Below the pieces are notes generated by a model. It was not told the DNA's origin. It did no database searches and worked only from the letters and a program-made list of their open reading frames with translations. A stretch of DNA of 50,086 nucleotides, counting the filler, from Jimgerdemannia flammicorona (Eukaryota), in NCBI GenBank assembly GCA_003990765.1. It is 2 parts of 2 records of this genome, joined end to end, with 100 filler letters (N's around TTAATTAATTAA, not from the genome) between each part and the next. Parts side by side here need not be neighbours in the genome. Positions count along the whole stretch, not along the records: positions 1 to 25,001 come from RBNJ01000894.1; 1 more part is not named here. One strand, 5' to 3'. Positions 12,002 through 23,843 of the stretch are shown piece after piece. Each line of letters starts with the position of its first letter. The stretch's first letter is position 1. The translations under genes and the position numbers were made by a program.

Positions 12002-12407
12002 ATGAGCCAAATTCTTTGGATCCTCGGATGGTGGGTAGTAGTTCAGAGACTTCCTTGATTGTTAGAGTTGATTCAATTTTCTCAAATAGGATCTGGGTGA
12101 TGCAGAAACTAATAGGGATCTTGAAGGGTGTCCAACTGTGGTTTTGGATAAGGACAATAATTTCACCTATATAATCTTCATCAATGACTCCCCCTTCTAC
12201 TGAGAGTCCTTTCAATGCTAGGCTGCTGCAACAGTATATTCTTCTAACATGTCCTTCAGAGATTTGGATGCTAATTTCTATATAGACTTACTTGACTTCT
12301 TGGTTGGAAACTGTAACTTCTTCAGCTACATACAGGTCATATCCAGCTGCTTTTTGACTTCCTTTGGTTGGGGTCTTAGTAGTTTGTCTTAACTTGACAA
12401 AATCCAG
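12002..12407 (-). pseudogene. dut: Retroelement dUTPase domain
   Basis: All five trimeric dUTPase motifs are recognisable: AAGYDL, (R)SSLA, GVIDEDY(R)GEI, ITQ, RGSKEFGSS. Confidence 0.93.
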
Positions 12408-12419
12408 TATTCTGGTAGT

Positions 12420-13472
12420 CAGGTTGTTGAGGTGGTGTAGAGTAGTAATAGTTGCTCATGTTGCTGTTCAGGGTTTTCAGTTGGGGCAGGCACTGGCCAC
12501 ATGTCCTGTCTTTTGGCAATAGAAGCATACTCTGCATCTTCAAAGTTCATTCCTTTCTCCTTCAGTGAGTTTCTTGAAGGTACTTGGCTAGGTGGATTCA
12601 TGATTTCTGAGTGTCCATGAGGTGGATGTAGAGGGAGCTCAGGATGCTTCATGCTTGAGTTCTTCCTTTTTGGTCCAAGTCTTTTCCTTATTGTTGAATT
12701 ATCTTTAGGGCAGAATTGGTCCAGCTGTTAGGATTCACTTGACCATGGTCTTGATTCTTGCCAGGCACCATTATTGGTGATCACAACCAACTAGGTGACC
12801 TTGTTCTTAGATTTTTCTAGTAAGCTATTCAGGCAGAGCATTGAATAGATGGTCTGCTCTTGTACCATTTCATACTTCATCATTGGCAATATATTCTAGG
12901 CCAATAGTGTTCAGGAGTGACTTGAGTTTTGTACAGAAGGTTTTGAATTCTTTCTTGCTATGTACATCGAATTTGAGGTTGCAGAGTTTTACTCAAGATT
13001 CGGCAATCATCATTTCGCTGCAGTATTGAGCAATCATGAGTTGTTTGAGTCCAGGGGCTGTAGGATGGGCTCCATATCCTGGGGTATTGTTTGCTGCATT
13101 CTGAGCAACTACTACAGGTTGGGTATCTCATATGAGGGGTTTTTCAGGAAGAGTTTGCCACCATTCTTCAGCAGGTCCTCAGAAGAATATAACAACTCAG
13201 TGGACATAGGCTATAGTAGTAACAAAGAGTTGTTCCAGAGTGTGGTCTTGATTGTTTATCAGAAGGTGGTCAGCAACTTGCTCATTGGTCCATTGGTTGG
13301 CTTCAAAGTTGGTATCTACTACACTAATAAAGCTTTGGACTTCTTGTGCAGTACCATTGAAGGTAGGTAGGCTCAGATTTTTGGTAGGTCGAGTCTATTT
13401 GGCTAAGGCAGTAATGGTTGCTACCATTATAGCTACTTGAGCTATAAGGTCTAGAATCTGTTGGTTTGCCAT
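12420..13472 (-). pseudogene. gag: Gag with CCHC zinc knuckle
   Basis: MANQQILDL.. start, LPTFNG and AEEWW capsid-type motifs, CFYCQKTGHVASAC knuckle at ~12488-12530. Confidence 0.88.
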
Positions 13473-15969
13473 ATTATTTACTGGAGGTGGTTGGACTACT
13501 AATAGTGATATTACTGATACTACTTGAGGTACTGGTGCAGAGTGTGAGGGTGTTCTTTGGGTCTGTATAAGTTACTAGAGTAATAGTTGTGGGTCTGGAG
13601 TGAGGGCTCAATAGATAGCTATTGTTGCTGTATGGGTATATTCTGGCCTGATGGAGGTGCATCTCCTTCAGTGGTATATCTGGGATCAAATTAACTGAGA
13701 TACTCCTCCTCCTCTTCAGTTTGGTCCTCATATAATTGGGTTTGCTCGGCATTGAAGTAGATAGAATCGGTTGTATATCTGATTTCAGATAGACTTAACT
13801 CAAAGTCAAGTTCTGGTTCAGTATTGGTTTTGAGTTCAGGTAAGGCTATAGCAGGGTCTGCTTCTGGTTCTGGGTCAGGTAGTTGATGAAGAGTTTCTCT
13901 TGCTTCTTCTTTAAAAATATAGCAGGCCTTGCTGTTCTGGAATTAGTAGTATAGTGCAGTCTTGGTCCTGGTATGGTGAAAGTCGGTAGAGTTGAGCCAC
14001 TTAGCTACAGAGGCTTAGGCTTCATAAGGGACTAAGGCTAGAAAGACTACTGCTGGTTATCCTAGGTTGCTCAGATTTATGGAGCTGACAAAACTCTTAT
14101 TGAGAAAAGTAAAAAAGGCTTCTATAAGACCTTCTTCATCTTGACTTACTGGGTGTAGTGCAAGGAGTTCAGTGAATAGGGTTTTACCTATTTGCTGATT
14201 TAACTGGAGTATTTCTTTCTTCAAATAAAGTTTGTCCCACTTGTTGCAGGTATAGAGGTCAAATTATCCTTATACATCAGGTTCAATTCTCTCCAGATTG
14301 TCAGATAGTTCAGGATAAATTCCAGTTTAGAGATTGGGCTTTATATCAACTTGTAGGAATTTGCAGAGGGGTTTTATAGCTGGGTGAGAAAACATCTTGA
14401 AGTGGAATTGGATTGTAAACTGCTGCTACCAAGTCGTAAGAGGGTTGCTTTTTAGGGTAACTGTTACATAGTTCTGGAAGGGTTTTCTGGAAGTTCTAGA
14501 TATTCTGGAAGACTGTTTTTTTATGGTCAAGATTAATTTCATATAGAATATGTCCTCTATGCTTATTGATTTCAAGATTGGGTTGACATCTCAATCAAAG
14601 TCCTTTTTCAGACTAGTTCTGGATATTCAGAATTTTCCATATTTCAGGAAGTTCAAGAAACTAAGACCAGCTTAGTTGAATTGGTATATCACTGCAGACA
14701 ATACCCAATAGGAAATTTCATGATAGGGTTAGGAGTAGGACCTAATAGAGAGCGAATTTACTTAAGAGTGGTTTGAGGGTTATTAAATAGGTTTATTTGC
14801 TATTCATGATATTGCTATACTAAGAATAGTTATATAAAGGGATATTGTGGAGAAGTGTTCAGAAATGTTCTTATATATTTGAGTCTTCAAGTCTGAGATT
14901 CTGAGGTCTGGGGGAGGGGTATTTATACTAATGAGGGGCTATCTGGGCTATACTAGATATGGATATAGTACTTAGTACCTTGCTGAGTCAGAATGCAGTC
15001 ACATAATATAAGTGTGATCTGACATGTCAAGAGATCATCTGACTGCTGAGTTAGTTTACAGTTACATTGTACAAGGCTAATCTAACTATGCTATGACTGT
15101 TAAGCTATTTATAGGTTTAGGCACTGTCTGGGTAGTCTTTAATGACATTACTATTGATGACATCATCACTGGCAAAGTCTGGGTAGTTTTCTGACTTCTG
15201 ATATCATCAGTTTCAAGATATCGTCACTTTTATCTCTTACAAGATTAAGACTATCCTTGGTGGCAGTGGTTGTACAAAGATAACAGGTCTTGGTTCTCTT
15301 TTTTTTTGGTCTGCTGGCACATTTGTGAGGACTGGCCATTCTCATCTAGGGTGAGGGCTCTCAATGTCATAGTTGGGGGTTTGAATCTCTCAGAAATGAT
15401 ATTTTCTGTAATCTGAGGCAATTTCTAATAGTAATATCTGTCATGTGGATGGCTTGAGATTGGTTTTAATGATGTCAGCTTTTTTGAGTTCAGATGAAGC
15501 ATCTGTCACTCTTCAATAGAGGTGATACAGATAGAGTGAATGAAGTTATTCAAATGCATTTTACTTCTGCCAAGTAATAAGGTCTTGTATAGTCATAGTA
15601 TATCTTGATCTTGAGTTGATAAGTGCAGTTCATGAACCTTTTGATAGATGAGATAAGGTTCTTCTTATCTTGATTTGAGTTCAGTACTTTTGGTTTCCTT
15701 TTGTAATAGTACAGTATACTAAACTAGTTATAGTGGTTCAGAGTCAGTCTTATGGTTGTAATACTTTTTCTAGTATTCTTGTATCTTGGTGGTAGGTTCT
15801 CATACTTACTAGCATATTTTGTGTAACCAGATGATCTCTTCAGTAACTTGTTTTGTAGTCTCACATGTAGTTTCCAAATTAGTTCTGAGGATGCTATGCA
15901 ATTTTGGTGGCTTGGTGGTTGTGTGCTTATATTCTCATTCCTCAGATTGCAAACAATATGTAATTTAGA

Positions 15970-16080
15970 AATAGGTTTCAAAAGAGATTTCAAAGAGATT
16001 CTAAAAGATATTTCAAAGAGATTCTGAAAAAACTTCTGAAAGAGATTTTGGAGAGATTCTGAAAGAGCTTCTGAAAGATA
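15970..16080 (+). repeat. ~12-bp tandem repeat (GAAAGAGATTCT-like)
   Basis: About nine degenerate copies immediately upstream of the second hAT gene. Confidence 0.8.
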
Positions 16081-16510
16081 TTATAGCTTTTGAACATTTA
16101 AGATATCGAAAGCTTACTTTTGTCTCTTATTCTTTTCATCTTATCCTTTGCTTTGCCTCGCTTAATTCACCACTATATTGAGAAAATATGGATATGACCA
16201 CCTGGCCAATAAGTATTTACTTGGCCCCCTCCAAGCTCAATACACTTCAGCTCACCATCCCAAAGCTTGGTACTCTAAAGATATCCAGCTTACCAACACC
16301 CAGTCTGCCAAGCTTGCTGATACTCAGCCTGCTGAGCTTGCCAACATCCAGCTCACTGACCCTCAGCTCCCTGATCTCCAGCTTGACCACCAGCTTGCCA
16401 CTGGTCTACAAGCACAAGATCCCCCACCAGATCTCAATAATATAGCTCAAAAAAGTTAGTTTTTTTTTTTTTTCTTTTTAAATCAATGTCTGAATTTTTT
16501 TCCTAATAAC

Positions 16511-17151
16511 TAGTGCTCCTAACAAGTCAATTTAATCCGGATTGGATTTGGATTGATTCAGATTGAATCCCATCCAGATCAACTTGGATGGGATTCGAAT
16601 CCCATCTGGATGTATTCAAATCAACCATTGTTTTGATTTTCAAATTAGACAATTAAATGTTTACATCAATAACTTGATGAATTATCATCCAAATTTGATT
16701 ATCTTAGTGTCATTTGAAAGCCCTTAATAAGGCCTATCTAATGATACCAAGAACATTGAAATCGGATCATGCGTTACTGAGTTATGAAGGAAAACGTCTG
16801 AATCACCAATTTTGGAAATTTCGTCAAATGGAACGTTTTCCTTAATATCTTAGCAACACGTAATCCGATTTTAATGTTCTTGGTATTATTAGAAATGCCT
16901 TATTAAGGGCTTTAAAATAACATCAAGATCATCAAATTTGGATGATTATTCATTGAGTTATTGATGTAAACATTTAATTATCTAATTTGGAAATCAAAAC
17001 AATGGTTGATTCGAATCCATCCAGATGGGATTCAAATCCCATCCGAGTTGATCCAGATGGGATTCAAATCCATCTGAATCCCATCCGAGTTGATCCAGAT
17101 GGGATTTGAATCCATCTGAATTCCATCTGGATTGACTTGTTTAGAGCACTA
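16511..17151. mobile_element. hAT-type foldback MITE, copy 1
   Basis: TAGTGCTC...GAGCACTA termini, perfect 8-bp TSD CTAATAAC, almost fully palindromic. Homologue at 47260-47869. Confidence 0.96.
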
Positions 17152-17649
17152 CTAATAACATTCGAAATATATATATCCTCCAGCTTCTAAGCCTGGGCCA
17201 GAGTACAAATCTTGCTACAATTATCATTTTTGCCATCAAGTTTGCCCAAGCACCACCTGGAAGTATTGCCAAACCAATTTCCCAGATGCCTCAAATCTCA
17301 CAGAGAAAAGGCCTTATAAATCGGACATTAGGTATGCTTTTACTGTGGCCAACAAATGTATTAAGAAAGTACATGATGATCAACTGAGACAAGAAGTCAT
17401 AAGAGTGATAGAAAACTGTGCAAAAATCATAGAATGTTTGTTATATCATACTGGCTTCAAGGTGAATGCCAAAGCATAGAACAAGCAAGGTTATCTAGAT
17501 AGAATTATCATTATGAATGAACACAAAAAACTGCTGGCCATATTTGAACAAGTACTGGTGAAGAATGACAAAACACTTTATATGTGACTGATGGATGGCA
17601 GGCTTGTGCATTTTGTTGAGGAGTGGTGGTGGAGAAGATGGAGAGATGG

Positions 17650-17990
17650 GAGAGATCAGTACTGGTGGAGGAGTTGGTACCAGTAGAGAGGTCAGTAGAG
17701 AGGTTGGCACAGGGAAGGTCAGTATGAGAGAGGTCAGTGCAGGGGAGGTTGGTACAGAGAAATATGAAGAGGTCAGTATGGGGGAGGTTGGCATAGAGGA
17801 ACATAGGGAGATCAGTATGGAGAAATATAGGGAGATCAGTACAGGGGAGGTCAGTACAGAGAAATAAGAGGAGGTTGGTATGGGGGAGATCAGCATGGAG
17901 GAACATGGGAAGGTCAGTGCAGAGAAACATGGGGAGGTCAGTGTAGAGGATGAAATGGAGGTTGGTATGAAGGAGGTCAGCATAGAGAAG
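17650..17990 (+). repeat. Degenerate 24-bp coding minisatellite (GAGGAACATGGGGAGGTCAGTATG-like)
   Basis: Repeated GGAGGTCAGT/GGAGATCAGT cores encoding E(E/K)HGE(V/I)S(M/T). Confidence 0.85.
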
Positions 17991-18289
17991 GATATAGAGG
18001 AAGAGGATATAGAGAAAAGTAGTTTGGAATATATAAAGGAAGATGGTTTGGAATATGAAAAAGAAGAGGATCAGTTGGTTTATAGTAATGAAGAAGAGGA
18101 GGATCAGTTGGTTTATAGTAATAAAGAGTAAGATCTGTTCACACTAGTAAGTTCTTTATTTTTCTGATTTACTTCCTATTTATTTCTGATTTCATTTTGA
18201 TTTCTGATTTCTAATTATGTTTCTGTTTGTTTATTCTAAATATATATCTTAGATGTACAATTTTTTTTTTTTTTGGTACCTTATAGCTT

Positions 18290-18650
18290 AAAGGTGGATT
18301 AAAGACAGGTCTGTATTGAATTAAATATAGGTCAGAGTTGGGTCATATATATTTCTTGGGTTGGATCATGTATATTTCTTGAGTTAGGTCATATATATTT
18401 CTCAGGTTGGATTAAAGACAGATTACATATAATTCCAGATCAGGTTAAAGACAGGTGATATACATTTCCAGATCAGATTAAAGATAGGTGATATATAATT
18501 CTGGGTCAGATTAAAGATGGGTGACATATAATTCTGGGTTGGGTTAAAGATAGGTGATGTATAATTCCAGATAGGGTTAAAGATGTATAATTCCAGGTTG
18601 AGTTAAAGACAGGTGATGTATAATTCTGAGTTAGATTAAATATGTACATA
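18290..18650 (-). repeat. hAT right subterminal 33-bp tandem repeats
   Basis: GGTTAAAGATAGGTGATGTATAATTCTGGGT units, the reverse complement of the array at 5865-6090. Confidence 0.9.
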
Positions 18651-18675
18651 GATTGGCTTGGGTTGTAATATACTA

Positions 18676-21291
18676 CTTACAAGCAATGAAGGTATTTGGT
18701 AAAGTCCACCAAGCCTAGCCCACCTTTGTCCACAGGTAGGGTCAGAATCTCCCATCTTATTTGACTTCACTACCCAGCCCAGATCTATGATCTTGCTATC
18801 TTCAGAAGTCACCTGACTACCCATGCTGGGAAGTCCAGATAATACCCCACATACTATAGCTTTAGCAGCCAATACACATTTAGCACCATCACCCTTCCTG
18901 CCAAGGATATATACCAACCACCTCACCATAAGAGCACATTTCCCCATACTAGGAGTTGCTGTTCCCACCAAGTATAGGGCAGAAGAGACCCATATACTGA
19001 GGAGTAGATCCCTAGATAATAAACTGGATCTCCTGCTGGTATCACCATCTCAATCATATCACTACTAACTATTCCACTGCCTAGCACTAGAGTCTCACAT
19101 TTGTGCCAATTGAGTCTAGTACTGGAGCCCCTCTTATACTATTCCACAGACCTCCTTAATTCCTCCACATCCTCCAATGAATTCAGTCTAATCACCATAT
19201 CATCTGCAAAGGCCCCCACTTTCCAATTAATCTCCAGAATGTCTAAACCCCCAATTCTATACCTGATCCTATCCAAAAGGGGCTCTAAGGAAAGGGCATA
19301 TAGAATGGGTGACAAAGGATCTCCTTGAGACACTCTACAATCAAGTGGAAAAGTTGCACTCCTGTATTGACTACTAATGCTGCCTGACTGTTTTCCAAAA
19401 GACTGATTAATAACCTCCTGAACCCTGGGAGAACACTCATCCATTTCAGCACTCTCTTTAGCCAGATCCTCCTCACTTTGTCATATGCCTTCTCCTAATC
19501 CAGAAATACGAATCTGCCATCAACCCTAGCAGCCCAAATCTCTTCAATCACTCCATGGACCCAGACCATCCTATCTCAGATCAACTGACCACCAACAAAC
19601 CCTCTTTGCTCTACTCCTAGTACTTGCTGAGCAATTCCCTACAGTCTAGTCACCAAGACCTTTGTCACCAGCTTGCAGTCTATATTGAGGAGCATGATTA
19701 GTTATCAGTTCTTTCAATCTTCCCTTCTCCTTTTATCCTTATAGAGCAATGAGACCAGCCCTAGGCACTAGCCCCCAATCCAAGTTTCAGACTGAAGAAC
19801 CTCATCATATATTACTATCATCTCTTCCAATAATACCTCTACTCTAGTCATCTTCTTTCAAAAATTCCAGAGAAGCCTATCCTCTCCTAGAGCCATTCCC
19901 TTGCTTGTTGAAGCCAAAACCTTGCAAATTTCCTCTCCCCTCACTGAGTCCCCCAGAGTCCCCAGGCCTATTGCTGGGTCTGGATGCCAATCTTTCAGCT
20001 ATCATTCAATGTTCAAGACATTCTCACCCTCTTCTTCCTCACTCTATAAGTCCTCACAGCAGGTCCTTAGCAAACTCAGAATCACCAGAGTCCCCACCAC
20101 CATCTCTCTATCCTTATCCAAGAGATCATCCCACTGCTGTTTAGTTTTCTGTACTTGTAATAACCACAATAAAAACCTAGTGGGTCTCTCTCTCTCCTCC
20201 AACCCTTGCCACCTCAGCCTTGCCACTATCCCCTTTAGTTTAACCTCTTTCTCTATTCATATCACTTCCTTAAGCTCCTTAACTTCCTTTTAAATTTACA
20301 CAATATGCCAGTCTGCTACCTCCCAGTTCTCTAGCACCCCTGCCTATCTCCCCAGGAGTACTGCCAATTACTGTGAAGCCCATAGCACTCTCTGCTATCA
20401 CTGAGCACTCCTTTCTTTCCCTGCCTCCCTCCAGTACCTCTGAGCACTCGATTTCAGCCTCTGCCAGTGATCCCCAATCACCAGGCCCTACTTCTGCCAC
20501 TTACCAATTTTCCCAAAAGTCTCCTCCTCTCAGTCTGCCCATAAAGTACTATCCTCTAACAAAGAGGAATTCAGTCACCAATGTCCAGGCCCATCCCCAC
20601 TTCCCCCAAACCTCCCCCTCTCTAACAGACCCCAGTGATCTGACCATGGATACTAAACCACCTCCAGCACAGCCCAGACATCTGCTCTCCAGTACTCTGC
20701 TGTCAATATTCAGTCAATCCTGGAGCTCAGCCCTGCTGCCCAGTAAGTATAAATTTGATGCTCCTTCCAAAACTGTCTCCCTGAATCAACCAAAGAGCTC
20801 AACCTCTCTATCTTCATCCAATCATCTAACCTACTACTTCTGCTCCTCATCTCTCTCCCATCATCAGTTCTGTCTACCACATTATCCTATACCATGTTGA
20901 AATCCCCCCCCAAGCAGTCAATCTCTGCCTCATCCATGGCACTAGCCTCTCTCAAATTTCTGATCCAATCTACCTGTACCCCCCTCTCTGCTAGACAATA
21001 ATAAGACCCAACAGTTAAAGGGCTCTATCTAGGTCTCTTCCACACTCCTCACACTAACTAACTCTCCCAATGTCCAATATCACCAATGTCCCCTATCCTC
21101 TTTCGAACTAGGATACCTACCCACCCCATTCTAGTCCAATCCTGTAGGTCCACATCTACCTCATAATGTATATCCTATAGTAGGAAGAGATCTGCATCCA
21201 ATCTCTTGAGCCAACCAAATATGTGCCTTCGCTGAGCTGCTCCCCTCAACTCATTCACATTTAAAGAGAATATTCTAGTTGTACTATTCAT
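18676..21291 (-). pseudogene. LINE ORF2 (APE endonuclease and reverse transcriptase); C-terminus continues at 5807-~4740
   Basis: MNSTTRIFSLNVN start, GGDFN, EKAYD, VSQGDPLSPILY, GAFADD, GGLGLVDF motifs, with many stops. Confidence 0.92.
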
Positions 21292-21309
21292 ATTGAATAA
21301 TGTTTGAAT

Positions 21310-23160
21310 TTGAAAACCCAGCCTAATATTCCATGCTCATCTCATCCCCAGCCAGATCTAAGTACCACTCAGCTTCCAGGTCACCTTCTACTACAGCCTG
21401 AGCATCTAGTGTCTCTAAGATTTCTTGACATTCTACCCCATCCACCACTTCCATCTCTGCCTAATAATCTGCACAGACCACCTTCCACTTCTCCAACCCC
21501 TTTCTCAATCCCCACAAGTATGCTGTCTGTTCATTCACAATCACCTGAAGTTTCTTCTCCCTCTGATCATCCACTTGATATTCAACTGATTCCAAGAGTA
21601 CTACCAGAATCTCATTTCTAACCTTCCTCAGTACCTCCTCTCCATCTCTCCATAAAGAATTTCCTCCCAATGCCTCTCTTCTATAATCTGGAAGTCCTCT
21701 CCCTCCAGCTCCTCCACTGCCACCCCCTTCAGAGTCTTCCACAGCTACTTCTCCTTGTCCACCACCTCTGCTACACTCTGGGCAATCTGCTCAACTCCCA
21801 TCTCTGGGTCCACCAAAGTGCTCCTCCTCACCAACTCATCCCACTCCTCTTCAGGTATATTCAGTAGTTTCTCTTCACTCTCTGCCCCACCTGGGACACT
21901 ATATTGAGAGTGTGCTTTCTCACTCATTTCCATGTCTGCCTCCATGCTGCTCTATCTCTCCTCTCTCAATCTACTCTGGGCCCTACCTTGAGCCATCCTG
22001 TATTCCCTCACTCAGGCACTCTCTCACAGTCCTGCTCCCCCTTCCCCTATACTACTATCAGTTCCACTACCACCCAACTTCTCTAGTAGCTCCTTCTGGA
22101 TTCACCTCTCCTGCATCTTCTTTCAGGTCACCCAGTCCATCCTGATCCTCTTTCCATCTATCATTTTCACCACTATCTTGGCTTCATACTTCTTTCAAGC
22201 CAAACTCCTCCTCTCAACTACTCCTGTCAGATCCTCAAGAGTCTCCAGCAAATCCTCCTCCTCTTCTAGAGTTCCTTTTACCTGCAAGACCTTATACTCC
22301 ACCAGTCTCCACTTCAGAGTTGCTGGCCAGTCTCTCATCTTCCTCATATTCTCCTTTCCTACCAGCCTCACCCAGATGTTGACATTACTAGTCTAGAGCT
22401 CTGTACTCTCCCAGACTCTGAACTCAATGTCCACAATCTCCTCATACTCCTTAACCACCTCTACAATCAACTCTCTGACCCTCTTCCTTAATATCATAGA
22501 AAAATCCAACACTATCAGCTATATTACTTGGGGGTCCCAGTATATGTACCTGGCCATAGGAACTACCACCCTGCCCACTATTATCTCTTTCTCCATAGCT
22601 GCCAATAATGACACCTCTTCCTTAAACCCAACCTCAACCTCTTCTTTCTCCTTCAAGAACTTTACCAAAGTCACCCCCTTTGCCTCCTATACCACCAGCC
22701 CCAAGATCATCTTTGCAGTCACTGCTATGCCCCAGAAATATAATGTAACAGCGAATTCTGACCTTGATTTCTTAAGTAATAGTGCCGACACCATACCTGT
22801 CACACTATCCACCAGGTCTCCAGGCCTCATGGCCACCCTCTGTCCTGATCCACCAACTACTGTCACATCTGGATTTTTTTCCAGATCCCTAGTCACAGCT
22901 CTATTAGCAGTTACATCTCCAGTCCCTACTCCCCCCTCTTCCCTACTGTCTGACCCTCCCATGGGGGCCCCTCTCTGTCTCTCAATAGTAGCAGTTGATG
23001 CCTTCCCTAGGCCCAGCCAACTATCCAGGCCAGAAGCCATTCTCCCCATCTTGACCTTATTCACAAAGGTCATTCTCTCTCCTCTATATTATCTCAATCT
23101 GCCTCTGCCTCTTCCTCCTCTACCAGCACCCCAGCCAGCCATAGAAGACCCTGGTATTTC
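21310..23160 (-). pseudogene. LINE ORF1
   Basis: Lies between the 5' UTR and ORF2. Homologous to ORF1 of the other three copies (LLKKSRSEFAVT.., WEGT motif). Confidence 0.8.
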
Positions 23161-23338
23161 CAAACTATCACTTCTCCTCTTCTCTACATACTGCCAGTCA
23201 AAGGCACTACTACCCCCCTGGCTGACATGCTCACCAGTATAATTATTGCTGTCTATATTACTAGTTGCCTTTCACCAAAAATACTATAGAAAGTATTGTC
23301 TGAGTCTTGTATCATCTGAATATTACTGGTGAAAGGTA

Positions 23339-23840
23339 TTACTTCTAAATATATATAGATGTGAAATATCAGGTTTAGATCTACTCTATAATTCTTCAGA
23401 AGTAAGATTAGTATCATTCTTAAATTGTTGATTATTATTAGATTCTTTGCTTAAAACTTAAGAAATACAATAATTTTGGATATATACTACTGTATTCACT
23501 GCTTTAGTCCAAAAGAAGTATAGTAAGTCAGCTATATTTATCATTGTTTGAGCTATCTCTTCTATTATTTAATTAAAGTATTTCACTATACTATTCTACT
23601 AAGATATATAGAGAGCTATTATAGAGTATTAGATACTGTAATTTTTTAAGAAGTATCTGAAAGCTTTGTTGATATATTTTTTATTATTATTTGAGTATAA
23701 AGTCTATATCTTATATATATTCCATTTTATTCTTTATAGTTTCAGAATTTCTCAAATATCTCATTCTTTACTATAAGATAGTATATATAGACTTTGTAAG
23801 TATAATCATTAATAAAGATAATAAAATATCCAGCTCCTTT
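23339..23840 (-). mobile_element. Degenerate Copia integrase core
   Basis: Decayed DNGGEY (DNNKKY), QQNG.AER, FWTKAVNTVVYI, SKPDISHL.IF. Confidence 0.85.
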
Positions 23841-23843
23841 CTC

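Larger units (their letters stand above)
9543..15931 (-). mobile_element. Gypsy (chromovirus-like) copy C, two LTRs, internally deleted and non-autonomous
   Basis: LTRs 9543-11041 and 14435-15931, PPT 11042-11054, PBS 14421-14431, 5-bp TSD TCCTC/TTCTC. Confidence 0.95.
16178..18131 (+). pseudogene. Second, spliced gene inside the hAT, unknown function (Cys-rich motif, helical-looking core, acidic repeat tail)
   Basis: Intron GTTAGT 16455 to CAG 17183 (80 nt once the MITE and one TSD are removed) joins exon 1 in phase to a ~150-codon frame with only two deamination-type stops. An EEHGEVSM-type repeat tail follows after a probable frameshift near 17625. Confidence 0.65.
5808..18675 (-). mobile_element. 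hAT DNA transposon (~5.8 kb without nested inserts)
   Basis: Imperfect TIRs TAGTACTCTGCAAACC / GGGTTGTAATATACTA. 8-bp TSD CTTGCAAG (5800-5807) / CTTACAAG (18676-18683). Inverted 33-bp subterminal arrays and a transposase gene. Confidence 0.93.
4700..23338 (-). mobile_element. L1/Tx1-like LINE copy 1, split by the hAT insertion (LINE parts ~4700-5807 and 18676-23338)
   Basis: The 5' UTR at ~23240-23337 matches 41529 and 43680. TTACTTCTAAATATATATA flanks both sides (4681-4699, 23339-23357). ORF2 reads LHCL/QAWWLKR across the hAT junction. Confidence 0.9.

Noticed and set aside
11916..12215. dUTPase as a host or DNA-virus gene
   Set aside because: It is in frame between the Gag knuckle and the protease inside paired LTRs.
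17495..17983. Minus-strand repetitive ORFs of 162 and 139 aa
   Set aside because: They are antisense readings of the 24-bp minisatellite. The plus strand has the splice-supported frame.
19901..23242. Long Ser/Pro/Thr/Leu-rich plus-strand ORFs (also 38274-40088 and minus-strand ORFs in 41845-46375)
   Set aside because: They are antisense shadows of purine-rich LINE ORF1/ORF2.
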